A stretch of 64,000 bases of DNA. Source: a virus. Taxonomy: Duplodnaviria; Caudoviricetes. The first letter of the stretch is position 1, and each line of letters begins with the position of its first letter. The stretch spans positions 1 through 64,000 of the IMG/VR virus record IMGVR_UViG_3300037067_007020. One strand, written 5' to 3'. The translations under genes were made by a program, and so were the position numbers. Shown here in pieces: positions 10,559 through 20,587 of this stretch. Under the pieces are notes generated by a model. The model had not been told where the DNA came from and did no database searches. It was given only the letters and a program-made list of their open reading frames with translations.

Positions 10559-11828
10559 CGAAAAGAAAAACAACACTCTATTAGCTTCTGTAGGAAGTGA
10601 AAAAGAAGTAATTAAAATTCTTCTTAAATTTCCTACGTTCATTAAAGAAGTATCTGTGCTTCTTGAAATAGAGGATTTTTATATTTTCGCTCACAAATTC
10701 ATCTACAAGAGATTGTTAGAACTGGACAAAAGAAACATAGTTCCTGATGTGCAGACCATACAAAAAATCGGAGAAGAAATACCTGACATAAACACGTTGT
10801 TAAAAGAACTACAGACACAAGGATTAGAAACAGACAAATTACATTCCTATATAAATCATATAAAAGAATGTGCAGGATATAGAGCAATAATAGAACTTTC
10901 TCCCAAGATTAAACAAATATCAGAAAACGAAGAATTGGATATAGAACAGAAGAAAGAAGAAATAGAAAAAACAGTTCACAGTTCACTTACAAAAAATACA
11001 ACAATAGTAGATTGTTCTGTAAGTTCTGCTGTACAAGATACAAAAAATAAACTAATAAAAGCCAAAAACAAAGACTTTGGAATACGAACAGGAATACAAA
11101 AACTCGACTCTAGAATTATTGGATTAGAAGAAGGCGAAACAGTAATGATAGGAGCAAGAACTTCTGTAGGAAAATCGTTGTTAGCAGGACAAATGGCTTT
11201 GAATATGGCACTAAAAGGAATTGGAGTTGTATTTGTTTCTTACGAAATGGCAAGAGATCAATTAGTAAGAAGAATGTTATCCTCCATGACAGGAATTGAT
11301 CATACACGAATTACTATAAATAACTTATCCCAAGAAGAAGAGAAAAAAATCAACGAAGCATTTGATATATTAGCACAACTTCCTATGGCAATAATAGATG
11401 ATGCAGGAACAAAATTATCAGATATACGCTCAAAAGTATATCGACTTCCTTTTAAGCCAAAAGCGTTATATATAGATTATATTCAATTAGTTCCTGCTGT
11501 CAAAAAAAATTCCAATAGATATGTTGAAGTTGGTTCTGTTTCTCATGAACTTAAACATATGGCAAACAAATCCGACCTAAACTTGACAGTAATAGCTCTT
11601 GCACAATTGTCTAGATCAATAGAACAAAGAACAAACGGTATTCCAAAATTATCAGATTTTAGAGAATGTGGTGATATTGAGCAAGATGCAGATAGAGTAA
11701 TTGCATTAACCAGAGGAAGAGAACAAACATATATTAATACTTATATACTTAAACAGAGAAATTTTCCTACTGTTCCAGAAGAAGCATTAGATATACCAGT
11801 AAATTTTAATATACAGAGAGTAGGATAA
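10551..11828 (+). CDS. dnaB: Replicative DnaB-type (SF4) helicase
   Basis: N-terminal DF...H..IY domain; GARTSVGKS Walker A, SYEM, IDYIQL, LAQLSR, SDFRECGDIEQDAD, KQR. Confidence 0.95.
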   Translation: MSNEKKNNTLLASVGSEKEVIKILLKFPTFIKEVSVLLEIEDFYIFAHKFIYKRLLELDKRNIVPDVQTIQKIGEEIPDINTLLKELQTQGLETDKLHSYINHIKECAGYRAIIELSPKIKQISENEELDIEQKKEEIEKTVHSSLTKNTTIVDCSVSSAVQDTKNKLIKAKNKDFGIRTGIQKLDSRIIGLEEGETVMIGARTSVGKSLLAGQMALNMALKGIGVVFVSYEMARDQLVRRMLSSMTGIDHTRITINNLSQEEEKKINEAFDILAQLPMAIIDDAGTKLSDIRSKVYRLPFKPKALYIDYIQLVPAVKKNSNRYVEVGSVSHELKHMANKSDLNLTVIALAQLSRSIEQRTNGIPKLSDFRECGDIEQDADRVIALTRGREQTYINTYILKQRNFPTVPEEALDIPVNFNIQRVG

Positions 11829-11831
11829 ATA

Positions 11832-12293
11832 ATGAATAAATGTCCTGTTTGTGGCAAAGAATTAGTAGTTATTCCTTGTGTATCAGAATTTTTCGGAGAA
11901 ATTAAAGCTTCTTATTGCACAAATTGTTATGTTTTTTATTTTTTAGATCATTTTCAAGAATTAATAAACAAACAACAAAACAATAAATATCTTATAGAAC
12001 CAGACAAAGGTACAGTTAAAGATTTAATATTGTCCAAAGTAATTCATGATATTAGAGACGAAAGACAAGAACAGGATGAAAAATGGGGAGAACAGAATCA
12101 CTCTGACCTTAAATGGTTATCTATTTTAGGCGAAGAGTTTGGAGAAGTTTGTAAAGAAGTAACAGAAGATAATCCGGCAAAAGAAAGAATAAAATCTTCT
12201 CTCGATTGTCAAAAAGACTTAAAAAAAGAACTAATTCAAACTTGTGCAGTATGTGTAGCATGGTTAGAAGCAATAGAAAGAAGACAACAGTGA
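11832..12293 (+). CDS. Zinc ribbon fused to MazG-like NTP pyrophosphohydrolase
   Basis: CPVC...CTNC, then ER..QD.KWG.QNH, ILGEEFGEV, ELIQ.CAV.VAW. Confidence 0.75.
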   Translation: MNKCPVCGKELVVIPCVSEFFGEIKASYCTNCYVFYFLDHFQELINKQQNNKYLIEPDKGTVKDLILSKVIHDIRDERQEQDEKWGEQNHSDLKWLSILGEEFGEVCKEVTEDNPAKERIKSSLDCQKDLKKELIQTCAVCVAWLEAIERRQQ

Positions 12294-12978
12294 ATACTCG
12301 AATGAAGTTTAATGATTTGTTTATTATAAAAAAAGGATATTTAATAACAAAATTGCCTATTTATATAGAAGGAGTAACTATTTCTTCTGGTGTAACGATG
12401 CCATTATGTATAACCTATGGAGGAATTGATTTAACTCCAATTTTAGGAAAAGACCTAGAAGTGTCGTATGAAAATACTCTTTATTTTATAAAAGGATACT
12501 ATGATTAAAATTCTGAAAAGAGTTTTTGAAATTACTAATTTTTTGGCAGTTATGCTTTTTATTTTATTAAAAGAAGTTTTAGACTTAATTTATAATTCTA
12601 TTGACTTTGTACTCAATTTAATTGCAGTAAGTATATGTGCTTTATTCCGTTATAGAAACTGCAATAACAAAGACTGTGTATCATGTATAAAGAAACTTAA
12701 AGAAAGAGACTATGGACTCTAATAAAAACAACAAAGTTTGTCAAAAAGCAATAGACAAATTAAATAACATAGAATTAACCAAGAAATGTCTAGAACAGGA
12801 AATATGTCCTGCTTGTGGAGAAAAATTAAAGAGAGAAACTAAAAAAAGATCGTGTTTATGGGACAACCAAATGACAGAAGAAATGGTTTTTGGTTTGTGT
12901 AAAAATTGTAACAAAGAATATGTACTAGATTCATATTTAATTATGAAAGATAACTGGTCTATATAAAACAGGAGAAAC

Positions 12979-13233
12979 GTGTTAGATTTATATAATTATA
13001 CGATATTAAAAAACCAAAAAGAATTTGAAGATTGTTTGTATGATAAGGCATGGAGAAAAATAGAAGATTTGGATATATATGACATTCCTAAAGAATATCC
13101 TTGTTTTGCTCAGTGTATTTATCATTCTAGGTATGGAAACAATTGTTCGTATCATTATAAATATATAAAAAACATAAAACAAGAAATTAAAGATTTGACA
13201 AAATTAATAGAAAAAGCAAAACATATTTATTAG
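12979..13233 (+). CDS. Hypothetical protein, PxxYPC paralogue 2
   Basis: IL.N..EF...PKEYPC...YHYK.IKN; AGGAG RBS. Confidence 0.55.
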   Translation: MLDLYNYTILKNQKEFEDCLYDKAWRKIEDLDIYDIPKEYPCFAQCIYHSRYGNNCSYHYKYIKNIKQEIKDLTKLIEKAKHIY

Positions 13234-13271
13234 ATTTATACTTACTTAGTTTCAAAAGAGGATAAAATAAC

Positions 13272-13451
13272 ATGCCATATTGTTCATCGTGTGGTTCAGA
13301 AATACCAGAAGGACAAGGAAAGAGTTGTTCGATGTGCTATGGAGACATAGGACATGGTTCTGATGGATATTATCAAGAATGGGTAAAAGAACAAGAAGAA
13401 TTAGAAGACATAAATGATGATACACAATCAGATTTATATGGAGATAGATAA
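13272..13451 (+). CDS. Zinc-ribbon microprotein (59 aa)
   Basis: MPYCSSCG...CSMCYG, translated by hand; GAGGA RBS. Confidence 0.55.
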   Translation: MPYCSSCGSEIPEGQGKSCSMCYGDIGHGSDGYYQEWVKEQEELEDINDDTQSDLYGDR

Positions 13452-13690
13452 TGTTAAATTTGTGGGGTTATGTTTTATTAGAAAATGAACATGATTTTTA
13501 CAGATGGTCAGATATAGAAAATAATTTGTCCGAAAATGTACCAGAAGAATATCCTTGTATTCCTTGTAGAATAGGAGAAGAAGATTTATATCACTATAAA
13601 TCAATAAAAAACCTTGAAACTGAAATAAAAATAAAACAAGAACTATTAGAACTCATGAAAGATAGCAAGAAAGCGAATAGTCATGACTAG
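13451..13690 (+). CDS. Hypothetical protein, PxxYPC paralogue 3
   Basis: LL.N..DF..W...PEEYPC...YHYK.IKN. Confidence 0.55.
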   Translation: MLNLWGYVLLENEHDFYRWSDIENNLSENVPEEYPCIPCRIGEEDLYHYKSIKNLETEIKIKQELLELMKDSKKANSHD

Positions 13691-14126
13691 AATAATAATA
13701 GCAGGAGGTAGGGATTTTAAAGACACAGAAGAACATAAACAATGGCTTTTGATCAAGTTGTTAGAATTGAAAGTAACAGAAGTTGTTTGTGGAATGGCTA
13801 GAGGAGCAGATTTGTTTGGCAAAAAAGTTGCAGAAGAAAATAATATAATAGTTAAAAAATTTCCTGCTGATTGGAAGAAATATGGTAATAGTGCAGGATA
13901 TAAAAGAAATGTTCAAATGGCTGAATATGCAGACATTTGTATTTTGTTTCCCGGAGGTAAAGGAACAAAACACATGAAAGATATTGCTATCGAAAAAGGT
14001 TTAGAAGTTATAGAATATCCTGAATTAACATATATTGATGTAATTTTTCAAGCTAGTGAAAATACGGTAACTGTGAAACGTTATAGAGAAGAACATCCTG
14101 AAGAAAAAGGATATTTTAATGACTAA
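13683..14126 (+). CDS. SLOG/YspA-like (DUF2493-type) protein
   Basis: IIIAGGRDF, VVCGMARGAD, ADW.KYG.SAG.KRN.QM, FPGGKGT. Confidence 0.85.
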   Translation: MTRIIIAGGRDFKDTEEHKQWLLIKLLELKVTEVVCGMARGADLFGKKVAEENNIIVKKFPADWKKYGNSAGYKRNVQMAEYADICILFPGGKGTKHMKDIAIEKGLEVIEYPELTYIDVIFQASENTVTVKRYREEHPEEKGYFND

Positions 14127-14384
14127 AATAAAAAGATATACATATGTCCCTGATTGGGAAACAATAACAGAAAGTTATGACGGAGAGTATGTTCTTTATG
14201 AAGACTATGTAGAAGTAATAAAACAATTTCTGTCTTCTGAGTTGAAAGAAGCAAGATGGGCACATTTTCTTGTTCAGAAACTAAAAAAGATGGACGAATC
14301 TAGAGGAAATGCTTATATAAGATTTAGAAATGAGTTCGACAAACAAGAAAGATCAAAAAAACTAAATGCCTAGAAGGAGAAAAA

Positions 14385-14660
14385 ATGTCTGGCGGATGTT
14401 TTGATTATCAACAATATAGAATAGAAGACATTACTCATGCTATCGAAGAATATGTTAGACACAACGACAGAAATTATCCCGAAGATATTATTCAGAAATT
14501 TAAAGAAGCTATAGTCACGCTCCGAAAAGGAGAAGACATGGCAGAAAGAATAGATTATTTGCTGTCAGATGATGACGGAGAAGATAGTTTTAGATCAAGA
14601 TGGCAAGAAGAAGTTGTCGATAAACATAACCAAAGAAAGGAACAAAAAGATGGGTCTTAA
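14385..14660 (+). CDS. Conserved-type phage hypothetical protein (MSGG.FDY)
   Basis: MSGGCFDY...IDYLLS.DDGEDSF; AGGAG RBS. Confidence 0.65.
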   Translation: MSGGCFDYQQYRIEDITHAIEEYVRHNDRNYPEDIIQKFKEAIVTLRKGEDMAERIDYLLSDDDGEDSFRSRWQEEVVDKHNQRKEQKDGS

Positions 14661-14918
14661 AGATATAATTAAATCTCCTGAAGACAATAACCAAAATCTA
14701 ATTTTGCATATCGATATACTGAGTTTTATAGAATATCTAGGAGAAAAATATTCAATAGATACAGAAAAAGAATGGAAAATTTATTGTGGAGATTAAGGAG
14801 GAATACTATATGTCTATTTGGAACAAATGTTGTTCAGGATGTGATATGGATGGATTTTGTCTCTACCAACAAACAGACGATGTTGAAAGTTGTGAAGAAT
14901 ATTCAAACGATGAGAAAT

Positions 14919-14966
14919 AAGAAACATAAAATCTAGATACTTGAAATAATTTTTTTATGATATAAT
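14919..14966 (+). promoter_or_regulatory. Repeated early promoter, copy 2
   Basis: AAGAAACATAAAA...TTGAAA(14941)-N14-TATAAT(14961) with TG extended -10. Confidence 0.75.
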
Positions 14967-15308
14967 ATACAGAGAGGAGAACAAATACCCAAGAACAGAA
15001 CTGATTGGTCTATTAACAAAAATTTCAGAAAACCAAAAAAGGAGTAATAAAACATGAATATAATTATAAACAAGAACGGTGTAGTCGAAATTTCTAATGG
15101 TAACAAGATGGCAAAGGAAATATTAGCTACTTCTGTTAGAACAGTAAATGTAGTAGATAAAAGAAAGCCTTGTAGTCCAAAGGTCACTACATATAAGATT
15201 TCTTAAATGTTTGTATCTATTTATTTTTCTTTGTTATTGTTGTTATTTTGTGTTTGGGTATATTTTTGTTATTTATTATTTCATTAAAATGTTTTTTAAT
15301 TAACTTTC

Positions 15309-15334
15309 AGTATGTGCAGGAACATGTACTTTTT
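15309..15334 (+). terminator. Candidate weak terminator
   Basis: AGTATGTG/CATGTACT stem with two GU pairs, followed by a T run. Confidence 0.3.
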
Positions 15335-15367
15335 CAAAAACAAATAGATTTGATTAAAGGAGTAAAA

Positions 15368-15931
15368 ATGACAGACATTACAACTAATGATAAAGGTTAT
15401 TCTAAGTTTACATATTCTATGAACAGTGAAGGAAACGTACTTACTATCAGAAGTGATAATTGGGACGAAATTATAGTTGCTGTTCCTGAATGTAAGAAAT
15501 TTCTTCTAAAAGACGGAGAAGAAAAAAGAATTGCTGTAAAAGAAAGTATCAAAGAACATCCTACTCCTTTTCCTTCCAATGTAACAAAACCAGAAAAATG
15601 TCCTAATTGTGGTTCAACTGAACTGACATTTGTTTCGGGAACCAATAAAAAAACAGGAAAAGATTGGATGGCGTTCGACTGTCTTTCTTGCAAGACCAAA
15701 AAGGATGACAAAGAATATCCTACAAGGATATTTGTCAATCCTATTGACATAGAAAAGAAAAAACCAGAAAGTCTTCCTAAAACAGAAAATTCTTCTTCTG
15801 GAGGTAAGAAGGGACAAGAAGAGGTAAATTGTGTCTCTTGTGGCAGAAAACTGGGGTATGGTGTGATAAAATTCTGTCAATCTAAGAAAATTCCTCCAAC
15901 TTGTATGGATTGTCAGAAAAAAGGACAATAA
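15368..15931 (+). CDS. Double zinc-ribbon protein
   Basis: CPNC...CLSC and CVSC...C...CMDC; AAGGAG RBS. Confidence 0.65.
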   Translation: MTDITTNDKGYSKFTYSMNSEGNVLTIRSDNWDEIIVAVPECKKFLLKDGEEKRIAVKESIKEHPTPFPSNVTKPEKCPNCGSTELTFVSGTNKKTGKDWMAFDCLSCKTKKDDKEYPTRIFVNPIDIEKKKPESLPKTENSSSGGKKGQEEVNCVSCGRKLGYGVIKFCQSKKIPPTCMDCQKKGQ

Positions 15932-16221
15932 ATGACTATACTTTACTGCTGTAAATGTGGAATAAATGAAGTATATACTTCTTGTTTATGTTTTAAATGT
16001 ATGATGAAAGAATGGAAAGAAAAAAACAAGAAAGAACATTTATTTGGCAAAAATTATGATTAAAGAAGTATATTCTTCAAAAACAGGAATTAAGATAGGA
16101 GATGTTTTGAGTGGTAGTATATTAGGAAGGATTATTTATTCTTTTCGACCTATCGGAGAAGAAATAAATGACCAAATGTTTGATACTCTAGAAGAAGCAA
16201 CGGAGGTATTAATTAAATTTT

Positions 16222-16425
16222 ATGACAATTAAACTTATTTGGGAACAAATAGACGATTATCATCAAAGAGCCAAAGTATTTGGTGGTTGGTTAGTTAAGA
16301 GTTATGACGATATTTATGAAGATAGAGGATATGGTCAAGGATATGAAAGAGGTTATCAATGGAGAACTGCTATGTGTTTTGTTCCTGACCCTAGACATGT
16401 TTGGGGAATGTTTAATGAAAAATAA
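16222..16425 (+). CDS. Conserved-type small phage protein
   Basis: RAKV.GGWLV...FVPDP.H.W pattern. Confidence 0.6.
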   Translation: MTIKLIWEQIDDYHQRAKVFGGWLVKSYDDIYEDRGYGQGYERGYQWRTAMCFVPDPRHVWGMFNEK

Positions 16426-17694
16426 GAAATATAAAGAATATGATTTGTTGTCTATGAAAATAGTAAATTTTATCAACGAAACTAACAAAGTTTCTGTAAA
16501 ACAAAGACAAAATACCAATGATTTTTTATTCGATTTCGCATACGAAGAACTTATTAAAAATGAAATAAGAATAACAAAAGAATTGCTCAACAAATTAGAG
16601 AGAGGACAACAAATGACAACTAATGCACCAAGATACCCGTTGAATGGCGGATTTAGAAATCCTTCTCCTACATTCGAGAAACCTGTTCCTCCACCGCCTC
16701 CTCCTCCAAGGAAATTAACAAGAGAAGGATTGTTCGAGATAATTATAAAAGACCTAAAACATTTCTTCAGCTAAAAAGGAAAAAATGAATCAATTTGAAC
16801 ATTGATGGAGATAATAATACATGAACTATGGAATAAAACATATAATAAGCAAAGATAGATTGATAGATGAATATGAATTATATCAATTCAATGAACCAGA
16901 AGAGAAATCTCTGTTAGGAAATTTTGAAGATAGATATAGTTGTTTGGAATTTATTTTAAAAAATGAAAACATTATAATTAATGACTTTAAAAAACAAGTA
17001 CCTAATCCAGAACACGAATTTGTTCAAATTAAACATCCTATTTCAAACGAATGGAATTTGATAGATAAATCTATCGGACAGTTTGTTGGTCGTTCTAAAA
17101 AGAAATTTAAAGGAATACCTGTTAAATGAAGTGGAACAATGAAGCATGTTGTGAATTTTCTTTAAATTCAATACAAGAAATGACACGATCATTAAAAAAA
17201 CAGTCTGAACAATTACCCGAACCGGATTGTTTAATAGTTTCTGCAAACGAATATAATATTTTACATCGATGGTCAAATGCTACAATTGTTAAAAAAATTG
17301 GTCATTATACAAAATATAAATATATAAATATTGATAATGAACAAGAAATCTATTGGCAAAGAAATCAAGAAAGAACAGATTATTTATCTTATCCAAGAAA
17401 GTATTGTGACGAAAATCCCTTAGAACCTTTTAAAATTGTTTACAACAGACATATGAGAAAACGTGGCTATAAGAGCGAAGGAAATAAAGAATATTGGGCA
17501 ATGATTAAGGATTATCATAAAGAAGAAAAAAGGAAATATCTGTCAAATGAATATTGATTTTACTAAGACAGAACTAGAACACATTGTTGCTGTTTTACAT
17601 CAAAACGAAGAAGAAGGAATTTATTGGGGAAGAAAAGATTATCACTGGAACAGACACAACAAAATATTGAACAAAATTAAGAAAGAACTTGATA

Positions 17695-18144
17695 ATGAGA
17701 AAATTTAAAGCAAAATATAACAGAAATTCTGGTAAAGAATGGACAAGCGAAGATATTAGAAAGTTGCGTTCTCTTGTAAAAGAAAATACACCTATCAGAG
17801 TAATATGTTTAAAGATGGGGCGAACTGAAGATGCAATTCGTTCTATAGCCAGTGAAGAAAGTATTTCTTTAAGGCCAACAAATCTATCGTTGAACAACAG
17901 AGCGAAAATAAAATTGACATATAATATACAACGAAGATTTAATTCAAAGAAGTGGGTTATAAGAATGATGAACGCTCAAAGAAGTTTGATTTGTTTTGAT
18001 ACCAAAAAAGAAGCCATAGAATTTGCTACAGAATTTGTTTCTTGTCAATGTTTTGATTTAATGAAAATACAACCAATTTTTTATGTTCATAGAACAGACG
18101 GTACTGTAGAAAGAAAAATTACTAGTAAAACAAAAAGGAAATAA
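17695..18144 (+). CDS. Small HTH-like domain fused to DUF2188-like domain
   Basis: SGKEWT.ED..L..L..ENTP.RVI.LK.GRT..AI...AS...ISL.PTN, then W......F.TK.EAI..A...VH..DG. Confidence 0.65.
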   Translation: MRKFKAKYNRNSGKEWTSEDIRKLRSLVKENTPIRVICLKMGRTEDAIRSIASEESISLRPTNLSLNNRAKIKLTYNIQRRFNSKKWVIRMMNAQRSLICFDTKKEAIEFATEFVSCQCFDLMKIQPIFYVHRTDGTVERKITSKTKRK

Positions 18145-18148
18145 GAAA

Positions 18149-18514
18149 ATGTCTTCAGATAGCATATATTCTATATTTTCTTCTTTTCAAATACAACCTT
18201 TTGAAACATTTAATCCTATTTCTTTACAAATAGACAATACCAAGAACTTATTATCTTCAGCCGAAAATACATCGTCATTGGATAATTTATTTTTTAATCC
18301 TCTGATTAAGTATCAAGTACCTACATCAATAGACATGTCTACATCATTAAACGAATATAAACAAGATACTGAGACTCTTTTAACTTCTATACAAAACACA
18401 AACAATGAACTAGATGCTCTGTTATATAAATTTACCAAGAATTATATAAAACTTGTTTCTCTCACTACATTTGGTGGAGTAAATATAGGAAGCAATATTG
18501 ACATAATGATTTAA
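18149..18514 (+). CDS. Hypothetical S/T/N-rich protein
   Basis: AAGGA RBS; C-terminus GSNIDIMI. Confidence 0.5.
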   Translation: MSSDSIYSIFSSFQIQPFETFNPISLQIDNTKNLLSSAENTSSLDNLFFNPLIKYQVPTSIDMSTSLNEYKQDTETLLTSIQNTNNELDALLYKFTKNYIKLVSLTTFGGVNIGSNIDIMI

Positions 18515-18654
18515 TAGAACAGAACTTATCCTTCTTACAAAGAGAAAATGTTTCTATAAACGTCACTAGAGACATATAACAAGGATGACAACCTTTAGGG
18601 GAAAGTTCTATTTCTTTTAAATACCGATACCTAAATATATTTGGTTATCGGAAG

Positions 18655-18737
18655 GTATTTCGATAGAATGATAGGCAGTCATTAAAGCTAACTTCATGTT
18701 AGAAAAAAGGGTCTGTGAACTCTACCTATCGAAATGC
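18655..18737 (+). ncRNA. Cloverleaf-shaped structured RNA candidate (not a canonical tRNA)
   Basis: 12-bp closing stem GTATTTCGATAG/CTATCGAAATGC enclosing three hairpins. Confidence 0.45.
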
Positions 18738-18755
18738 TAAAACAAGGAAAGAAAA

Positions 18756-19772
18756 ATGAATATATTATTAATCGACGTAGATAGCAAAATTCCTAATCTT
18801 GCATTGATGAAAATATCAACATTCTGTAAAAACAAAGGCGACACAGTAAAATTAATTAGACTAGGCATTTCTTATTATCCAAAGAGAAGAAAACATATAG
18901 ACCTATGGCAATTGGCAGAATTTGATAGAATATACGTAAGTGCTATTTTCAAAGGAACAATAGACTATGTACATCTTCATTCAATTTCTTCTGATTGTGT
19001 AATATTGTACGGAGGAACAGGTATAAACCCGCAAATAAAATTGCCAGAAGAAATAGAATCTCTTGAACCAGATTATTCTGCATATCCAGACAATGATACA
19101 AGTTACAATTTTATTACTAGAGGATGTTGTAGAAATTGTAAGTTCTGTATTGTACCTCAAAAAGAAGGAATGATAAGACAAGTAAACACAATAGCCAATA
19201 TAGTTAGACATAAGAAAGTAAAATTTTTAGACAATAATATATTGGCTTGGAAAGATCATACAAAGATATTTCAAGAACTTATAGATAAGAATGTTAAATG
19301 TTGTTTCAATCAAGGATTGGATATAAGATTAATTAATGACAAAAATATGGAATTATTGAGCAAAATAAATTACCTTGGTGAATATATTTTTGCTTTTGAC
19401 AATATCAAAGATAAAAGTATTATAGAACAGAAGTTGAAAATAGTTAAAAAATATATTCCTTTAGACTACAGAATTAAATTTTTTATATATTGCCATCCAG
19501 ATATGGACATAAGAAATGATGTATATTATAGAGTTATGTGGTGCAAGAGACACAAAGTTCTTCCTTATTTAATGAGAGACATAAAATGTTTCGAAGACAG
19601 AAACTCAGATTTCTATACAGATTTATCTGCATGGTGTAATCAACCAAATTTATTCAAAAAGATGAAATTTGAAACCGAATATCTTCTAAAAAGACAACCA
19701 AAGAACAGAGAGAGATTAATTAATAATTTAACTCTTATCGGAAAGCGATTAAAAAATGACCATAAAAGTTAA
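18756..19772 (+). CDS. Radical SAM protein
   Basis: N-terminal ILLIDVD...PNLALMKIS; TRGCCRNCKFCIVP (CxxxCxxC); FLDNN; NQGLDIRL. Confidence 0.85.
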   Translation: MNILLIDVDSKIPNLALMKISTFCKNKGDTVKLIRLGISYYPKRRKHIDLWQLAEFDRIYVSAIFKGTIDYVHLHSISSDCVILYGGTGINPQIKLPEEIESLEPDYSAYPDNDTSYNFITRGCCRNCKFCIVPQKEGMIRQVNTIANIVRHKKVKFLDNNILAWKDHTKIFQELIDKNVKCCFNQGLDIRLINDKNMELLSKINYLGEYIFAFDNIKDKSIIEQKLKIVKKYIPLDYRIKFFIYCHPDMDIRNDVYYRVMWCKRHKVLPYLMRDIKCFEDRNSDFYTDLSAWCNQPNLFKKMKFETEYLLKRQPKNRERLINNLTLIGKRLKNDHKS

Positions 19773-20077
19773 GTGTTTTGACGAAAGAAAAGCCCATAAA
19801 GTATTAAAATCTTGTCCAAAAATTGTTAGAGATTATGTTCAACTACTTGAGAGAAATATTGAGATTCAAAGAGGATTGATCAGTGATGCTATAAGAAAAT
19901 TAAGCGAAAAGAAGGACAAATAATGTATTGTTCTAAATGCGGAACAAAATTATCTGATAAAATCTGTCCTAATTGTCAAGAAGAATTGTATATTTATGAA
20001 ACACAATACGAATATATGTATGAACCTGTTTCGGAAAATTTTATGAACAAAGTTTATTTACAAAGCGAGGAAAATAA

Positions 20078-20587
20078 ATGACATCAACATTTTATGCATA
20101 TTTGCCTTCTTTTTATGATGATTCTTTTGAGCGTCCTATATATAAATTTAATACAACAAAGGAATTGTTTGCGTTTCCTTGGTTTATTGAAATAAATACC
20201 AATGAAGTTGATGGATACAAATTTTTAGGTTATCGTATATCAGAACACAAAGAAAACAATGCATATACTTTGTTTACTGTGTTTGGAGATTATAAAACTT
20301 GGCATGTTGTTGGATATATCGTTACTGAAGATATGTCTATAATTAACAATTTTATTAAATTTGACGAAACAAAAGCAAACAAAGAATTAGCAATTGAAGC
20401 AGAAAAAGACCGCAAAGAATTTGAAGAATATAAAAAAACACCAGAATACAAAAAACAACTAAAAGAGGAAAAAGCTCAACGCAAATATTTTTTTGAAACA
20501 ATCACTAATAACATATCGAACACTAATCCATGTCCTAATCTTACTAAACTTATCACAGAACTTTCCAAAGGAAAATTGAATGACTAG
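20078..20587 (+). CDS. Hypothetical protein
   Basis: 169-aa ORF with GAGGA RBS. Confidence 0.55.
   Translation: MTSTFYAYLPSFYDDSFERPIYKFNTTKELFAFPWFIEINTNEVDGYKFLGYRISEHKENNAYTLFTVFGDYKTWHVVGYIVTEDMSIINNFIKFDETKANKELAIEAEKDRKEFEEYKKTPEYKKQLKEEKAQRKYFFETITNNISNTNPCPNLTKLITELSKGKLND

Noticed and set aside
16680-16710. Poly-proline run PVPPPPPPPRK as a eukaryote-like ligand motif
   Set aside because: Low-complexity stretch with no supporting context.
18655-18737. Canonical tRNA-Sec or opal suppressor tRNA
   Set aside because: No TTCRA T-loop, long variable arm or CCA; kept only as a tRNA-like candidate.
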